Of a stretch of DNA of 64,000 nucleotides, positions 1 to 13,786 are shown piece after piece (position 1 is the stretch's first letter; each line of letters opens with the position of its first letter). The position numbers and the translations under genes were made by a program. The notes below the pieces were generated by a model. It saw only the letters and a list, made by a program, of their open reading frames with translations. It made no database searches and was not told where the DNA came from. Origin of the DNA: Vicugna vicugna (lineage: Eukaryota); contig MU057880.1 of assembly GCA_013265495.1 (NCBI GenBank), forward strand, positions 124,001 through 188,000. Direction: 5' to 3'.

Positions 1-91
1 TCATTGTAGACAAATCCACCAACCGACAACATCTGCAGGTAAATTCTAGCAAAAGGAGGTAACATTCATAACCAAAAAAAAAAAAAAAACC

Positions 92-231
92 TTCAAAATG
101 CTTCAGAAAATTAGCCAAAGGGAACAAATCAAAGGCCAATGAAAATCTTGAAACTGGAAAAGATAACTAGTTATCTGCATGTTTCGATTGCGCTGTAACG
201 TTTCCATGGTGCTTTAGTTCACCCAGATAAC
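92..231 (-). pseudogene. Exon relic, VIWVN*STMETLQRNRNMQITSYLFQFQDFHWPLICSLWLIF*
   Basis: Acceptor cttttgtttggtacAG at 232-233. The 20 codons at 174-115 (ITSYLFQFQDFHWPLICSLW) align without gaps to recalled RGSL1 TTSTLLTLQGHVMKSIEEKW (T,S,L,Q,I,W identical). 3' boundary uncertain because a poly-T run interrupts; the exon may continue to the window edge. Confidence 0.6.
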
Positions 232-1483
232 CTGTACCAAACAAAAGCCAGATGTACATCTTAAAGTGACGCTAATAAAACCACGTTCCCCAGAGAGTCC
301 TCAGCAAGCCAGAGCGCAGCCTGTGGAGACGTGAGCTTGCTGGAGACGGTAGGGAAGGGCTTGCTTTCAGTCTAGAGTAGCAATATTTGCTCTGTTGACA
401 AGAGTCAAACCTCCAAAAGCCAAAAATGTAAACACTCTCCCCTTGCTCAACTTCCCCTCAAAAAAGACCTGTGAAAGAAGGAATCTAAACCTAAAATCTC
501 TCCTTCTTTCCTCTCTCCATATTTATCCAGAGCTTCCCTCATGTATAAACTTCTCCCTGTGCCTGATCAGGAGAAAGAAGTTCAAGTAATTCTGATTTCC
601 TTTCACCCTGGCAAATTGTGTTGTTTGCAGCTTTCCTGAAGAACTACACTGTATGTTTTGGCACAATTTCTTCTAAGCACATCTACTTCAATTCTTTATT
701 TACCTTTTCTTTATTACATGTTTCGATTCTAATAGGTTTTCATTGGTTTAAACCAATAGAAATTATTTTTCCACTAACATGATCATTTAGATTTCTAAAT
801 AATGTCCTATTCTTCTAAATTAGAGTTACCTTTCGACTTATGTGTGCCTGCCAAATGATACAAGACTATTTTTTGTAGAGTAAGTTTGCAAAATCTGGAT
901 GATCACTGAAATTGTCTTATGTAAACAAACCAGCAGTAATGTGACTTAGTAATACCCAGAGTTCACTCATGTAGCAAAAAATTATTGAGCCCCTAGAATG
1001 TGCCAGTTCTGATGGCGTATCAATAAACAAAGGGATGTCAGTTTCTTTCCTCATGAAGCTAACAGTCTGGTGGATGAAAAAAAAATGTTTTGGAAAAAAA
1101 GCAAGATTATAGAAATAAATTTCTAGTATTATAGTGCTTCCAATCTCTGAAAACAGTAATAAAAATGGTTTTTAGCAAGCTAAGATTTATTATAGCCACA
1201 GAAAAAAGATGGACATTTGATTTTATTGAGCATAAAACTGAACTACATCATTCTGTGTTTATCTTTTCAGGAATTTGGCTTTGCCCATTTTTTTAAAATC
1301 CTAAAATGTAGGTTTCCATTGTACTTTCCATATAGGAACAGCTAGAAACTGCATTATACCTTGAACCACCAAATTTCTTGTGCAGAAATTGTATGTAGCA
1401 CATGTAAATCAATCACGAATGGAAAAAGCATGCTTTAGAGTCAAAAAAAATTAAATTAAGACATTTCTAAAGTCACTGCTTAC

Positions 1484-1695
1484 CATTTTAATTCACTATC
1501 GTCCAGTAGACTATTTTTGGAGAAGTAATGTTCTGGGGCATTTTAGTCTTCCTTCGGCACAGTGATCACACACCGTCCAAGTGTGGGAAGAGGTAGAGGT
1601 GCCAATTATTCGTCTTCCCAAGGTCAAGTATCGATCCATCACCACAAGCCAACTATCCAATAGGGTACAAGTACTTCCAACTTACTCATTTACTC
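1484..1695 (-). pseudogene. Exon relic, 212 nt, all three frames interrupted
   Basis: Acceptor tcttcttggctttAG (1696-1697) and donor ATG|gtaagc (1479-1483). One frame ends ...EHYFSKNSLLDDSELKW; the ancestral frame is not certain. Confidence 0.6.
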
Positions 1696-2829
1696 CTAAA
1701 GCCAAGAAGATACTAATGACTACTACGTTTTTTAAAATTGTAGATGCTGCTCTTAAGACTTAAGAAAAGAGAAAAAAAGACAATAAATAGATTGGGTTAA
1801 TGACAGAGAAAAGCGAAGGACTGAGGGGCATTCATAATCAGTGCCTAAAAGGGCACCTGGTGTATACCAGGTTTTCAACATGTATTGTTCAAACAATGAA
1901 CAAACATACATTGGGAATTAACTCAGAGAAATCAGAAGGAGTCGACCAAAAGGCTCTGTGAAATACCCCGGATGACATAAGAAGAGAAACCAAAGTCGCA
2001 TAAGCCCACAAATAAATCGAACACACAGACACTAAGAGTAGTTTGTCTGAACTCCTTCATTCAAAAAAAAAAAGAAAAACCACACACTGACTGAGCACCT
2101 GCTGTGCTCGCAGACTGTTGCAGGTATGAGGGGCCAGCATTGAACAGAGCAGGTGAATTCTCAGTCTCGTGATGCTTTCATCCCAAGGGTGGTGGACTGC
2201 AACTTGACGCGTGCCTGCACTTCTGCTTCAACTCATTAAGTAGTAACTGCTCCAGGACCTGCCCTCCTCCAAAAACAAACAAACAAAAAAAAAATGCCAA
2301 CAAAAAGCAAGAAAAATTCTTTCCAGACCCTGGCCCTCAGAGAGCACAACACTGTGAAATCTCAAGGAAGGGAAGCAAAAAGCTGAGTCCGAAAGAATTG
2401 CCCCAACTTCCCACTGGGAGGCAGGGTCCAGGGCACAGCTTTGTAGTTTGTTGAACTGAAAAGACAGATAACTTGCTCAGGAGATGCTAGAATTTGCAGA
2501 GGTCCCCCCAGGGAGGGATCTGTGCAGAGAGAGAGTATATGACTTCAGGGGGCTCCTCTCAAGTCTTGGGCTGGGTACCCAGATGACAGCAGAAGGCCAC
2601 ACAATTCCTTGAATGTGCACATGTCTGGGGTCATCTGTGTTCCCACTGGGGAGAGTGAGGGAATTTTTAATACACAGGGCATTCCCGAGAGGCCTCAGGA
2701 GGCTCACGTCTTCATAGAGGATAAAGTCTACCTGGGGTGAAGGCTGTTCAGGACACACCATAAAAACATAAAAGCCAGCCAGGCTCCAACTGATACAAAA
2801 GTACCTTAACTGGGGGTGCATTCATTTTT

Positions 2830-3325
2830 CATCATTGTGTAAAAATCAGCACCAATTCATCAGCTTAAATCAGTCTGCAATCAAGATGCCAGCCAGGCCT
2901 CAGCGTCCTCTCAAGGCTCACCTTGGGGAGGCAGGGGGCACTGCTTCCGAGCTCACTCAGGGTGTTTGCAGAATCTGCTTACTATGGGCTGTAGGTCTGA
3001 GGGCCCTGACTTTTTGTTCCTTGTCAGCCGGAGGCCACCCTCAGGTCCAAGATACACTTGCAGTTCCTTCCCACAGAAGCCAACCAGCTGGCCCTTTCTT
3101 CACAGAGCCTGCAAGGAAAGTTCCTGGCTCCAGTCTGACAAGATGCAGTCACATGAAACCTAACAAGAGTGATACCCCATCATCTGTGCAGGATATAACA
3201 TAACCTAACCAGGGAGCTACCCTCTGATATCTTCACTGCATCCTATTGGTCAGAAGCACTCCGCAGAGGGGATTATACAAGTGCCCATGGACACTAGGAG
3301 GCAGGAGGCAGGGAGGGGTCAGGAG
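2830..3325. mobile_element. MaLR (MLT1-like) LTR fragment
   Basis: aatcaagatgccagccagg...cttccgagctcactca...ctgagggccct...cctattggtcagaagca, typical MLT1 motifs. Confidence 0.65.
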
Positions 3326-3429
3326 GCTCTAAAGTCTTTCATCCACTGTGTGCTGTATCAAAGCCCCAATTCTTAAATGAATACAAGAAAATCCTACACT
3401 CACTGTAAAATTAAATGGAAAGTTTACCA

Positions 3430-4930
3430 AACTGACCCACCAGTCAAAATTACCAAGCACGAAAAATCGGGAAAAATGTCCCACAAGCCAAAATAGAAGC
3501 AGATCCAGAAGTGATAGTGATGATGGAATTACCGGACAAGGACTTAAAACGGCTAGTATAAATCTTACAACTATACTCAAGACTGTGAGAAGCTGAGCAT
3601 AAGAAGAAAACACATGGAAGATTTAAGAGATCATGATTGGACCTGCAGAAAAGAAAAACCCTATAATATCCAAAACAAACAATATGAACAATATGTGTGT
3701 TAAGATTCATGTCAGATTAAATACTGCAGGTGTGGAAACTTATGTGTAATATGACAAAAAAGATTAAGAAGAAAAAATATACCCTTGGAAAGTTATGAAG
3801 CCATATCCAACAGTTTAACATATGTGTAATTGGAGATTCAGGAGAGGAAAGAGATGAAAAGGTGACAGAAAAAAAAAAAACTTGAAGAACTAAACATCAA
3901 AGATTTTACAAATTTGATGGAAATTATGAACCCATAACTCTTATATAATCAGGAAACAACAAGCAGAAGAAATATACAAAAAGTCACACTTAGAAGCATC
4001 ATCATATATTGCTAAAAAGACAAGCCACAAACGGGAGAAAATATTTGCAAACAAGTTACTGATAAAGGACATCTATCCCGAATAAGAACTCTCAAAATAT
4101 AATAATGAGAAAAGGAAACTAAGAAAAAAATAATGGGCAAAAGATTTAAAACACAATTCAGCAAAGAACATAAACAGATGGCAAATAAGCACATTAAAAA
4201 AAGACGCTTAATTTCATTAGCCATTAGGAAAATGCCAACCACGGTGAGATATCATTACACATCCACTAGAATGACTGAAATTAAGAGACCAACAATACTA
4301 ATGTTGGCAAGAATGGGAGACAACTGGGAGACAAGCTAAACGATTTACCCATCTTGGAAAACATTTTGGAAGTTTCTTGTAAAATTAGCATTTTTACCAT
4401 CTCACTCAGTAATCCCAAGCCAAGTATTTACCCAAGAAAATGAAACACTCACAAAGACTCATGCAGAAATGTTCAGGCCGCTTTCTTCACCACGACCCAA
4501 GCTGGAAACCACCCAAATGTCCACCAAGGGACTAGAAAAACAAATTGCAGATTAACTATAGAACAAAATACTTTTCAGCAATTAAAAAAAGATACTGATA
4601 CACTCAAAAACATGGACAAATCTCAGAATCATTATGCTGAGCGAAAGACCCAAACAAAAAGCCAGCAAAATGTTTTATTCCTTTTATATAAAATTCTAGT
4701 AAAGGCAAAACTACTGTAATGATCAAAAGCTGATCAGTTGTTGCTAGGAGCTAGGAGTTGGGCAAAGGAGGTTCACTGCAAAAGGAATTTTTGGGGTAAC
4801 AGAAGTTTTTTTATCCTGCTTGTGGTAGTTATAAAAATTTGTTAAAATTCATCAACCAAACACTTAAAGTAGGTGAACTATACTGGATATAAATTATACC
4901 TCAATGAAAATAAACAAAGGAATAAAAAAA
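3430..4930 (+). mobile_element. Old L1 (L1M-type) fragments: ORF1-like segment, then ORF2 3' end and 3' UTR
   Basis: Listed ORF 4133-4339 (QMANKHIKKRRLISLAIRKMPTTVRYH) is the L1 ORF2 C-terminus; A-rich strand; 3' end aaattatacctcaat. Confidence 0.85.
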
Positions 4931-5039
4931 AATGACTACATAAAATTGCCTGAAAAAGGAAAATTAAAGCCTGTAAGGATGATAGCATAGAAGTTAAGTA
5001 AATAAAGTTTCGTGGTGAAAGGTATCATAGAGAAAAATT

Positions 5040-6170
5040 AAGCGGCAAGGGAGATGTGTCTGAATCTTAGATAAGGTGATCAAGAGAATCTGACTGAGGC
5101 AGTGACACTTGAGCAAAGGTCTAAAAGAAGCAAGGGAGGAAGTGATGAGGTTATCTGCGGGAAGAGCAGGAGCGAACGCCCAGAGACCAGAGCAATTTTC
5201 AGCCAGGAAATCCGTGTATTTGAAGCAGACTGAACTAGGGATATAAGAGTGAGGTCAAGAAGGGGAGGGGGGCATCCCTTAGAGTGGGGGGCCGTTGTTA
5301 ACACTTGGGCTCTTACCCTGAGTGAGATCCAATGGGCAATTTTGAGCAGAGAAGTGAGTTGTTTTTTATTTTTAATTTCCAGTTTATTAAAGTATAACTG
5401 ACACATAACATGAGTTTAAAGTGTACCACATAATGATTTGATGTATGTATTTACAGCAAAATGATCACTGCAGTGAGTTTAGTAAACATCCATCACCCCA
5501 CATCATGACAAAATTATTTTAGCTTTTCCTGTGCATCGTTCTAGCAGCTTTTTACTTTTTCAAAGGATCATTCTGGCTTGTTGAAAACACACACTGGTAG
5601 AAGTGACAAGACCAGGAAATAACAGTAGAGACATGCTTGGATTCTGAAATCTTTTGGAATTTAAAAGCACATGAGTTTGGTTGAAGACAGGGTGTGAGAT
5701 ATAAGAGAAGGAGTGGAAGGAAGGAAGAGTGAAGAAAGTGGAATTAGAAGTTGTGTGTGCGTGTGTGTGTGCGTGTGCGTGTGTGTGTGTTCCAGGGAAG
5801 ACCAGGAGTCAATTTTTTATTAACTCTCCAGGAAGAAACGTGGAGGAGGCTGTGAATGGAGTTTGGAAGCCAGCACCACGTGGACGGCATCTAAAGACAT
5901 GATGCTAGATGCGATGACCCGTGGAGAGATGTAAGGACAGATGGCTTGTGCTGAGAGGTCAGGAAGCACGAGGATGAGGCAGAAAAATGACTGAGGGAAT
6001 GTGTCTCAGCAGGTGGGAGGAAATGCACCAGGGCGTGGTAGACTGGAAACTAAGTAATGGAAATGTTTAAAGTGAGGAGTCAAAGAAGGGTTGACTCTTG
6101 GATTATGTAAATATTACTGATAGGTCAAGTAAGACAAAGACTGAAAATTGATCCCTGGATTTAACGGTTT
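5040..6170. mobile_element. L2 fragments interrupted by an L1 3' end (about 5363-5525) and (TG)n (5753-5790)
   Basis: gtgacacttgagcaaagg...ttttgagcagagaagtga...aggatcattctggct...gataggtcaagtaag...tggattta, typical L2 motifs. Confidence 0.65.
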
Positions 6171-6187
6171 AAAGGTTGTAAGTTTAA

Positions 6188-6308
6188 GGGGGGAAGGTAT
6201 AGCTCAAGTGGTAGAGTGTATGCTTAGCCTATGCAAGGTCCTGGGCTCAAACCCCAGTACCTTCTCTTAAAATAAATAAGTAAATCTAATTATCTCCCCC
6301 TCCCAAAA
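6188..6308 (+). mobile_element. Camelid-type tRNA-derived SINE
   Basis: GGGGGAAGGTATAGCTCAAGTGGTAGAG A-box, degenerate B-box, A-rich tail. TSD aaaggttgtaagtttaa (6171-6187) / aaagcttgaaagtttaa (6309-6325). Confidence 0.92.
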
Positions 6309-6970
6309 AAAGCTTGAAAGTTTAAAGAGAGCCATGAACAAAGGTTCAAGTTATGCATATGAAAATATGCTAACTTAACTGAAAAGTGAATTCCTGTCCC
6401 CCTAGGACATATGCTGTGTCCAAATAAAACAGTTTTTTAAATTATAGATATTCTCAAAGCCTTTATTATACTGTTAATAGATATTGTGGATTTCCAGGAG
6501 ATAATAATAGAATATACAGTATATAAGAAAGAATACTTATTTCTGCATAGGTTTGGTTGTGGGGGGCGGGGGTTGCTTTTTCATTGTTTCCTCTTTGTTT
6601 GTTTGTTTTGTAACACAGCCATGAACACCTCCTGCAACAATGTTCTATGGAAAATGAGTCTGTGAAATCATATGGTAAAGTAGTGGTCTGCTAACCACTT
6701 TAATTATATATTCATGTCAATAAAAATGTTTGAACAAGCTTTGTATATGTATTTACTTATTATATTTGTCACAGGGGGTAAAATGAAACTCTGTCTCAGT
6801 TTCAAACTAAAGGCCCAAAGACCAAGTATAAAACAGTACTGGTCAATCACTTCAAGGTGAAGTCTAGACTAAAAAGGCAGAATTTTAAAGGAGGTGATCG
6901 AAAACCATTCTCCCAGCCCTTACTTTAACCACACGTTGGCTAAAAGAGACCAGGAGGATCAAGAGGCAAA

Positions 6971-7894
6971 GTCTCATCGTGGTTTTGATTTGCATTTCCC
7001 TGATGATTACTGATGTTGAGCAACTTTTCCTGTGTCTGTTGGCCATCTGTATATCTTTTTTGGAAACATATCTATTCAGATCCTTTGCCCATTTTTAAGT
7101 TGGATTGTTCAGGTTTTTTCTTTTTCTTTTTCTTTTTGATATTGAATTGAATGAGCTCTTTATATATTTTGGATATTAGCCCCTTATCAGTCATATCTTT
7201 TGCAAATATTTTCTCCCATTCAGCAGGTTGCCTTTTTGTTTTGTTGAGTGTTTCCTTTGCTGTGCAAAAGCTTTTAAAGTTTGATTAGGTCCCAACTGTT
7301 TATTTTTGCTTTTGTTTCCCTTGCCTGATGAAACAAGAGTCAAAAAAAAAAATTGCTAAGGTTTATATCAAAAAGTGTACTGCTTGTGTTTTCTTCTAGC
7401 AGTTTTATGGTTTCAAGTCTTACATTTAGGTCTTTAATCCATTTTGAGTTTATTTTTGTAGGTGGTGTGAGAAAATGAAAAAATAAAAATTTGCCATTTG
7501 CAAAAACATGGATGGGCCTGGAGGGTAGTGCTTAGTGGAATAAGTCAGAGAAAGACAAACACTGTATGTTTTCACTTACATATGGAAATTAAAAAATGAG
7601 TGAATATAAAGAAACAGACTCGCAGATAACAGTGCAAACTAGTAGTTACCACTGGGGAGGGGTGGGGGAGGGGCAAATAAGGGACGGTGATTAAGACACT
7701 ACAAACTATTAGATACAAAACAAATAAGCTACAAGGATGTAATGTATAAAATAGGAATAAAACCAACGGTTTATAATAATTTTGAATGGAATATAATCTA
7801 TAAAAACACCAAATCACTATGCTGTACACTGAAAATAACATAATATTGTAAATCAATTTTACTGCAACAATTCTTTAAAAAATAATTTAAAAAA
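6971..7894. mobile_element. L1 insertion with 5' inversion (minus 6971-7474, plus 7475-7894)
   Basis: Antisense ORF2 sequence joined to sense 3' UTR plus A tail. Degenerate TSD aggatcaagaggcaa / ggaatcaaaaggcaa. Confidence 0.85.
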
Positions 7895-8883
7895 GGGAAT
7901 CAAAAGGCAAGTTTGACCTGTGTCCTCAGGAGTTAGTGGAGTGCACCAACCAGTGCCAGACTTAGACCCACACCTGGGATTGTACAGGAGAGTGACTGGA
8001 GCTGACTAGTTGGTCCCCGATTAACAGGGTGGTCACGGAATTGCTGGAAGGGAGCTGCAGCAATGGTTGAGTCAAGGAATTGTGTTTATCCAGGGTCGAA
8101 TTGTGGAATCCATGGAGCGGAACCAGTCAGGGGCAATGAGACCTCAGTACAAATGGTGGACAGCCTGACGCCAGGGTCTGAGGGAGAAACAGGCCAGAAG
8201 ATCTCATGTTCACATCACAGGTGGTACAGAACAGAAGTCCCTGAGAAGCCCATACAAGCACCACAAGAGAGAAAAAGAATGGCTCTGGGCGCCCACCAGC
8301 CCAGAGCAATGCTGCCAGAACACAGCAGTCGCAGCTGAGTACGATCTTTCCTAATTTCCACCTCTTTCCTCATCCAACTTCGTGTCTCCTGCCCAATCCT
8401 GAAAGACCCGGGGAGCCTTTGGGTTGGAGGAGGGCTGGTTGCTGAGAAAGGGGTCAGCACAGGACCTCTCGGGTTTCCAGCTGGAACTGCCCTGAAACGG
8501 GAGGGGGAGAGTCTAAGTTCAAAAGAAGTCCTGAGTGTCCTTTATTGACCTTGGACTGGATGTTTTAATTACTGAAGTCAGTATCTGTTGAGCTTAGAAC
8601 TGATCAGAGAAGTTTCTATTATTTAAAGGCTACCAGAAAACTACAGAATCTGTCTGAAGTTCCATCCAGGAGAGAGGAAGTTGAAGCCCACAGAGCAGAT
8701 TCAAAGAAAGACTGAGCAGGAAATAGTTGCTCTATGAAGGTGACTCTTACGCACACATGGACTAATGTTTAACATGTTACATGTATTTTAAAATATATAC
8801 ACATAAGAAAGAAAATATAGAAGAATAAGAATAAATATGAAACAAACTGTGTTTTAAAAATAACTATTTATTTAACAATATAC

Positions 8884-9013
8884 ATTGACTATTCATGAAA
8901 GTTTTTAGTGACAGAAATAGGATTGAAAATGTTTCATCCTTTCAGAAAATTTGGTTTAGTATTTTATGATTCAGCAGTTCTGACTGTAAATCCAGTTTGT
9001 TTTCATTCCAGGT
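8884..9013 (-). pseudogene. Probable exon relic with mutated acceptor, ...ELLNHKILNQIF*KDETFSILFLSLKTFMNSQ
   Basis: About 90 nt downstream of the 9106 donor. Acceptor reads ttaacAA instead of AG; donor gtatat. Peptide resembles the opening helix of an RGS domain (inference). Confidence 0.4.
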
Positions 9014-9105
9014 TTGTTAACATGCATAGTTGAAAAAAACAACTCAAAATCCACAAGTGGAAGAAATACATTATTATAGTAAATCATGATACTTTTCCAT
9101 CTCAC

Positions 9106-9168
9106 CTATCTTTCAAAAGTTTTTGCTGAAATTCAGCTAATAGATTTTCTCTGATGTCCTTCAGTGGT
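9106..9168 (-). pseudogene. Exon relic, 63 nt, phase 2-2, open: PLKDIRENLLAEFQQKLLKD
   Basis: Acceptor tagtttgccAG, donor AG|gtgaga. Length is a multiple of 3; only one frame is open and it matches the phase of the upstream exon. Confidence 0.7.
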
Positions 9169-10099
9169 CTGGCAAACTAATCATAAATTTCCTTATTTCA
9201 TTAGATAGTCATTGAAAATCCAGTGTATGTCAGGCACTTGCTGGATGCAGGGGATAAAACTGTGATTTAAAAAAAAAAAATCCCTTGGAGTTCATGGTGT
9301 GGTGAAAGAGATGAATATTAATGAGAACCATCTGTAAATTGTCCAATAAAACCTGTGCAGAAGCCAGGGAGGAAGATTTGTCTACGGTGAGATGGGTCCT
9401 AATTGAGTGTCCAAAGAAGGCTTCTCTGAGGATGCTTGAGCTGAGATCTGGACAAAGATCTGAAGAAGAATTAATTGATCAAACGCTGCTGTAATAGAAG
9501 CAGGAGGACACGGTGGCCCTAGAGCAAAAGGAAGGTGTTACATTTTTACGTTTAAAAAAAATGTTTTAAAATACACTAAAAACGCTTTCGGCAAGCCTTA
9601 CACAGTTAAGAAACTATTTTTTAAGCTTTTTTGAAAAAAAATGAAGATAGAATTTTTATAGGCAATGCCACCATTTTCAGGCCAAAAAAAAAAAAAGATC
9701 AAATAATAGGAACATTTGTTTACATCGATGAATAGTTAAGACTGATCGTTAATTAATGCTTTCTCCTCTCTCTCTTACCCTCTCTTCCGTTTTCTGTCAT
9801 CCATGCTCCTGTACTTATTTGCTGCTCCTCACCCCCTCACTTTCTCTCTCATGCTCAGGCCACTGACTGTCCAGAATACCGAGTGGTCTCTACAATGGTG
9901 TCAGAAAAGCTAACTGCCACCTGGGCCTGAGAGGAGGGGGAGTGATGCTCTCCTCTGGGATGTCAGCTTGTCCAAGGACCACAGCAATAATCAAGGCATC
10001 AAGGCAGCCTGAAGCTAAGTGCAGATTTGTTTGGGTTTTTTTTCTAAAGGCTGTAAGGGAGTGAGGCCGAATAACAGACCCCCAAACAAGAAACCAAAC

Positions 10100-10316
10100 T
10101 CTTGGAATGAAGAGTTTTCTGTGAAAACTTCCCAGTGTTGTAAAAACTCGCAGACACTAATCCATCCTCCACAAAGCTGCCAAATTAATCTTCCTAAAGT
10201 ACAACATGGGTATTAGCGGTTCAGCCTCCCGCCAGGAATGATGCGTTCCGTCCACATTGAGAAGAATCTGATGATCGGATTCAAAACAAGTTGGAGTGAA
10301 TTCTGGAGGGACAACT
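10100..10316 (-). pseudogene. Exon relic, 217 nt, phase 1-2, one stop: LSLQNSLQLVLNPIIRFFSMWTERIIPGGRLNR*YPCCTLGRLIWQLCGGWISVCEFLQHWEVFTENSSFQ
   Basis: Strong acceptor ttttctatttccttccAG (10317-10318). Donor GA|gtttgg is weak and was chosen because it fits the phase. Confidence 0.6.
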
Positions 10317-10601
10317 CTGGAAGGAAATAGAAAAGCCTTATCGCAGTGAGGACAAGAAACAGATCTGTAACCCCAGAGACACACAGGAGGTGCAGGCAAT
10401 CTACAGAAAGTGTTTCTCATCAAACTAAAAGGAGTGGCATGTTACCATCAAATCTATTTTATAAAGAAAAGTGCCCAGTAAGTTAGCCAACCATTTGGGT
10501 CAAATTTTGATTTTAATTTTATCATTTAACATATGGTTTGAATTTAAATTTGTTTTTAGAGAACCCGTACTATGATGCTTGTCCATTTTCCCGAATGGTA
10601 T

Positions 10602-11089
10602 TGTAACAGAGAAGGACAAGTCTGACTCCATATTGAATCTGTTTCTTATATTTTAACCTTTGTATTCTGTTGCTTTTGCTATACGTTCATCACTAAAGGG
10701 ATGTTACCTATAGCTTAAATTCTTGAAATTGGCCCATCTCTGGGAACCCTGCCCCCCAGGTAATGAGTGTTAAGCTAAAATAACATTGTTTAGCTCACAG
10801 GAAACATCCTGACCAGGCTGACCCAAGAATGACTGCGGGAAGGAAGAAATGAACGTACACCCTCTGGAGGCTGACTGGAACCAGGAAATATCTGACTTTA
10901 TTCTCTCCCCTTTAGTATAAAGGAAGCATGGATTCTAACTCAGGCAAGATGGTTCTTTGGGACACTAGTCCACCATCTTCTTGGTTGGTTAGCTTTCTGA
11001 GAAAAGTTGCTTTCCTTGCTCCAAACACCTTGTCTCCCAATTTATTGGCCTGTCATACAGCTAGCAGTATGAGCTTGGACTCGGTTACA
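10602..11089 (+). mobile_element. ERV1-type solo LTR
   Basis: TGTAAC...GTTACA termini, 4-bp TSD GTAT (10598-10601 / 11090-11093), TATAA box near 10916. 3' part homologous to the LTRs at 13787 and 43172. Confidence 0.92.
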
Positions 11090-11332
11090 GTATAGAATTC
11101 TATTGTGGTGATGCTTCTTACTGGAGTTTGTCTTCTAAAATTCCAAACAAATACAATCAGGTTCTTTTTCCTTCTTATCGCTGTTCCACAGTGCTTTAAT
11201 TTGATGCCCACTAAACTCTTCGTTGTCTCCTTTCAGTTCACTAATTATACTTTTCCTTCCATTATCCTCATAGTCAGAGCTTCTGTTTCTCATTAGCTGT
11301 TTTGAGACAAGTCAGAGGGGAACGAGGCTTAC

Positions 11333-11374
11333 GACAATGCCGTCTTGAAGAGAACAGGTCGTCAGTGGTTAAAT
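11333..11374 (-). pseudogene. Exon relic, 42 nt, phase 1-1, open: (D)LTTDDLFSSRRHC
   Basis: Acceptor tggttttcctcAG, donor gtaagc. Only the phase-1 frame is open, matching both neighbours. Confidence 0.7.
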
Positions 11375-11861
11375 CTGAGGAAAACCATGATAATAATAAG
11401 CAGAACTTCACTCAACCCAGGCAAACCGAGTTAGAAAAGCATGTATCCGCCCTTCCCCTGTCCTTCCCCTTTCAATTTTTTTTTTAATTTTTCTTTTTGC
11501 CAGAAAACTTAGCTCACAATTTTTCTTGCTTTCTTACCCTTCTTTGACCCCTTCTTCCTCACTTCCACTGGGCTGTAATCTGCTACGCTCTGTTTTTTAA
11601 CCACATCTAGGCATTTCTGCCCTGCCTGCGAACAGGATTTCACTAACATTTCCTCCTTAGGTTCTATCCATTGTGGCATTCACCACACAGTCTTCTTTCT
11701 ACCTCTGTTTCAATGTCCTGAGAGTTCACCACCCATTCATTTTCACACAACTTTTCCTGATTCTTTGCTTTCAGGAGAAGAATAAGGAAAGAAGCATTTT
11801 TATTGCTGCTGTTGCTGTTATAACAGAAAAATCAGTTTGTATGGAGAATTTGGAGTTCCTC

Positions 11862-11988
11862 TTTTTTTATGGGGGGGTGGTAATTGGGTTTATCCATTTA
11901 TTTCTATCTGGAGGAGGTGCTGAGGATTGAACTGGGAACCTCATGAATGTCAAGCATGTGCTCTACCACTTGAGCTCTACCCTCCCCC
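11862..11988 (-). mobile_element. Camelid-type tRNA-derived SINE
   Basis: Reverse complement of the same family. TSD tggagttcctc / tggaggtcctc. Confidence 0.9.
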
Positions 11989-13786
11989 ATGGAGGTCCTC
12001 TTTGATGTATAGCCAGATGGAAGATCCTACTGAAACTAGATGTTTTTCTATATAAAGGAGCACAAAGCTACCATTTCTTATGAAGAGAATCAAAATCTAC
12101 TAAATGGCAGAATTTGAAAAACCAAGAGCCCTTAAAGGCCATTAGTCCAATGCTGTTATTTTATAGGTAAGCACATGGAAGCCAACAGTTATTCATGCTT
12201 TTCATGTGTCAGGCTTTGTACCTTGTGTTACTGTTGTTATAGTTTTATACTTGTTAAAAAGTATATCCTCATAATCACTCCAAGAGTGAAATATTCTGTT
12301 TAATACTAGGAATATGTTCTAAGCACCTCCTCAGTGCCCCATCCTAGGGAAAAAAGTAAGAAGGTATGATGCAGGGAGCACCTTTTCTTTTCCACGGGCT
12401 CGATACCCAATCTCATGTAACCATCACACTTGGACACAAACATCCTGGGTCCAATTTTCACGAAATAACTGAATGTCAAAGATGTGAGGAGTCACTTGCC
12501 AAGGATCACAAAGCTATGAAGAGGCAGACAGAGAATCAAAATTCAGGTCTGCCTCAAACCTAAGTCTACTTTTGGCTGGTAGGTTGTTTTGTTTGCTTTT
12601 CCACGCAGGGTTGTCTATTCGGGAAAAGCACAACCATGTCAGTTCCCCAGCCAGATGATTGGTGACCCCAGAATTCTCAAACCAGACGACAGCCTGACCT
12701 TCTCAACTCTGACCCTTCCAGCTCTACCACCTGTTTACCCTCATTATACAAACCTTTGTACCTGCGCTTTAATAGTGGGACAGCCTCTTTGTGTGGGTCT
12801 GATATGTATTTAATTAATATAATGGTGACATTACCAAGGAGACAGAACAGAAAAAAGAGGCAATAAATTTGGGCAACAAATTTAATGACCCACCTTTTAA
12901 AATTAATAACTATCATTATGTTTAAAGATATAGCCTAATACTTTTTCCACTAAACACAAGGCTCTCCCACTCTTTTGTAACTTTACTTTAGTGATTTTAG
13001 TTACTATCATCATTTTTCCCCATTCCCTTTTTCCTCTCCCCCACTCAGTAACGTGAGACTCATCTTTCTTATCCAAGAATGTCTGTTGCTTTTCCTTTAA
13101 CATAACAACAATTCTCTAGTATTAATGACATAAATTCCAACTCCTTCACTCCTTTATTTATTTATTTATTTTTTTGGAGATAAAGAATAGCAAACCATTA
13201 CTTCAAACTTGAGAAGTCTCTTAAAATACATAATAGTCTTTGCAGCTATCGCCTACCAAAAACAAGGTCCTACGCATTTAGTTTAGGTCTTTAACTTCTT
13301 GGGAACTAAACATTATTGACTCAACTCTCTCATATCTATTATGCCTTTGAAATTAGATCTAGACAGTTGGGTTAAAATATTTTCCTCCTGTTCATTCTCA
13401 AACTCTGGCTATTAAATTTACATGAGCATTACTGCTTAATCCTGCACCTGCTTAAGGGTGTGTACACGCACACTGATTAAAAAAGAAAAGAAAAGACAAC
13501 ACTTAGATAACACATTTGTTAGCTGTACAGGGACAGCATCTCTGTTTATCTCACCCTCTAGTGGGAGCATCTCAAGTGGGAGTTCCCGGAGGGGAAGGAT
13601 TTTGTCTTGATCATTCATACCTGCCACTGCTGCCCTGTATCATTTTCCATAACTTTCAGGAACTAAAGAGGCTGAGGAATGAACAAAAGCAGAAGGAAAC
13701 TAAGTTCATTCACTTAATAATTATTGTTTAGAATCCACTCTGCCTCAGAAACTACACTATGAACTTGACTTACATTACATTGTTTG

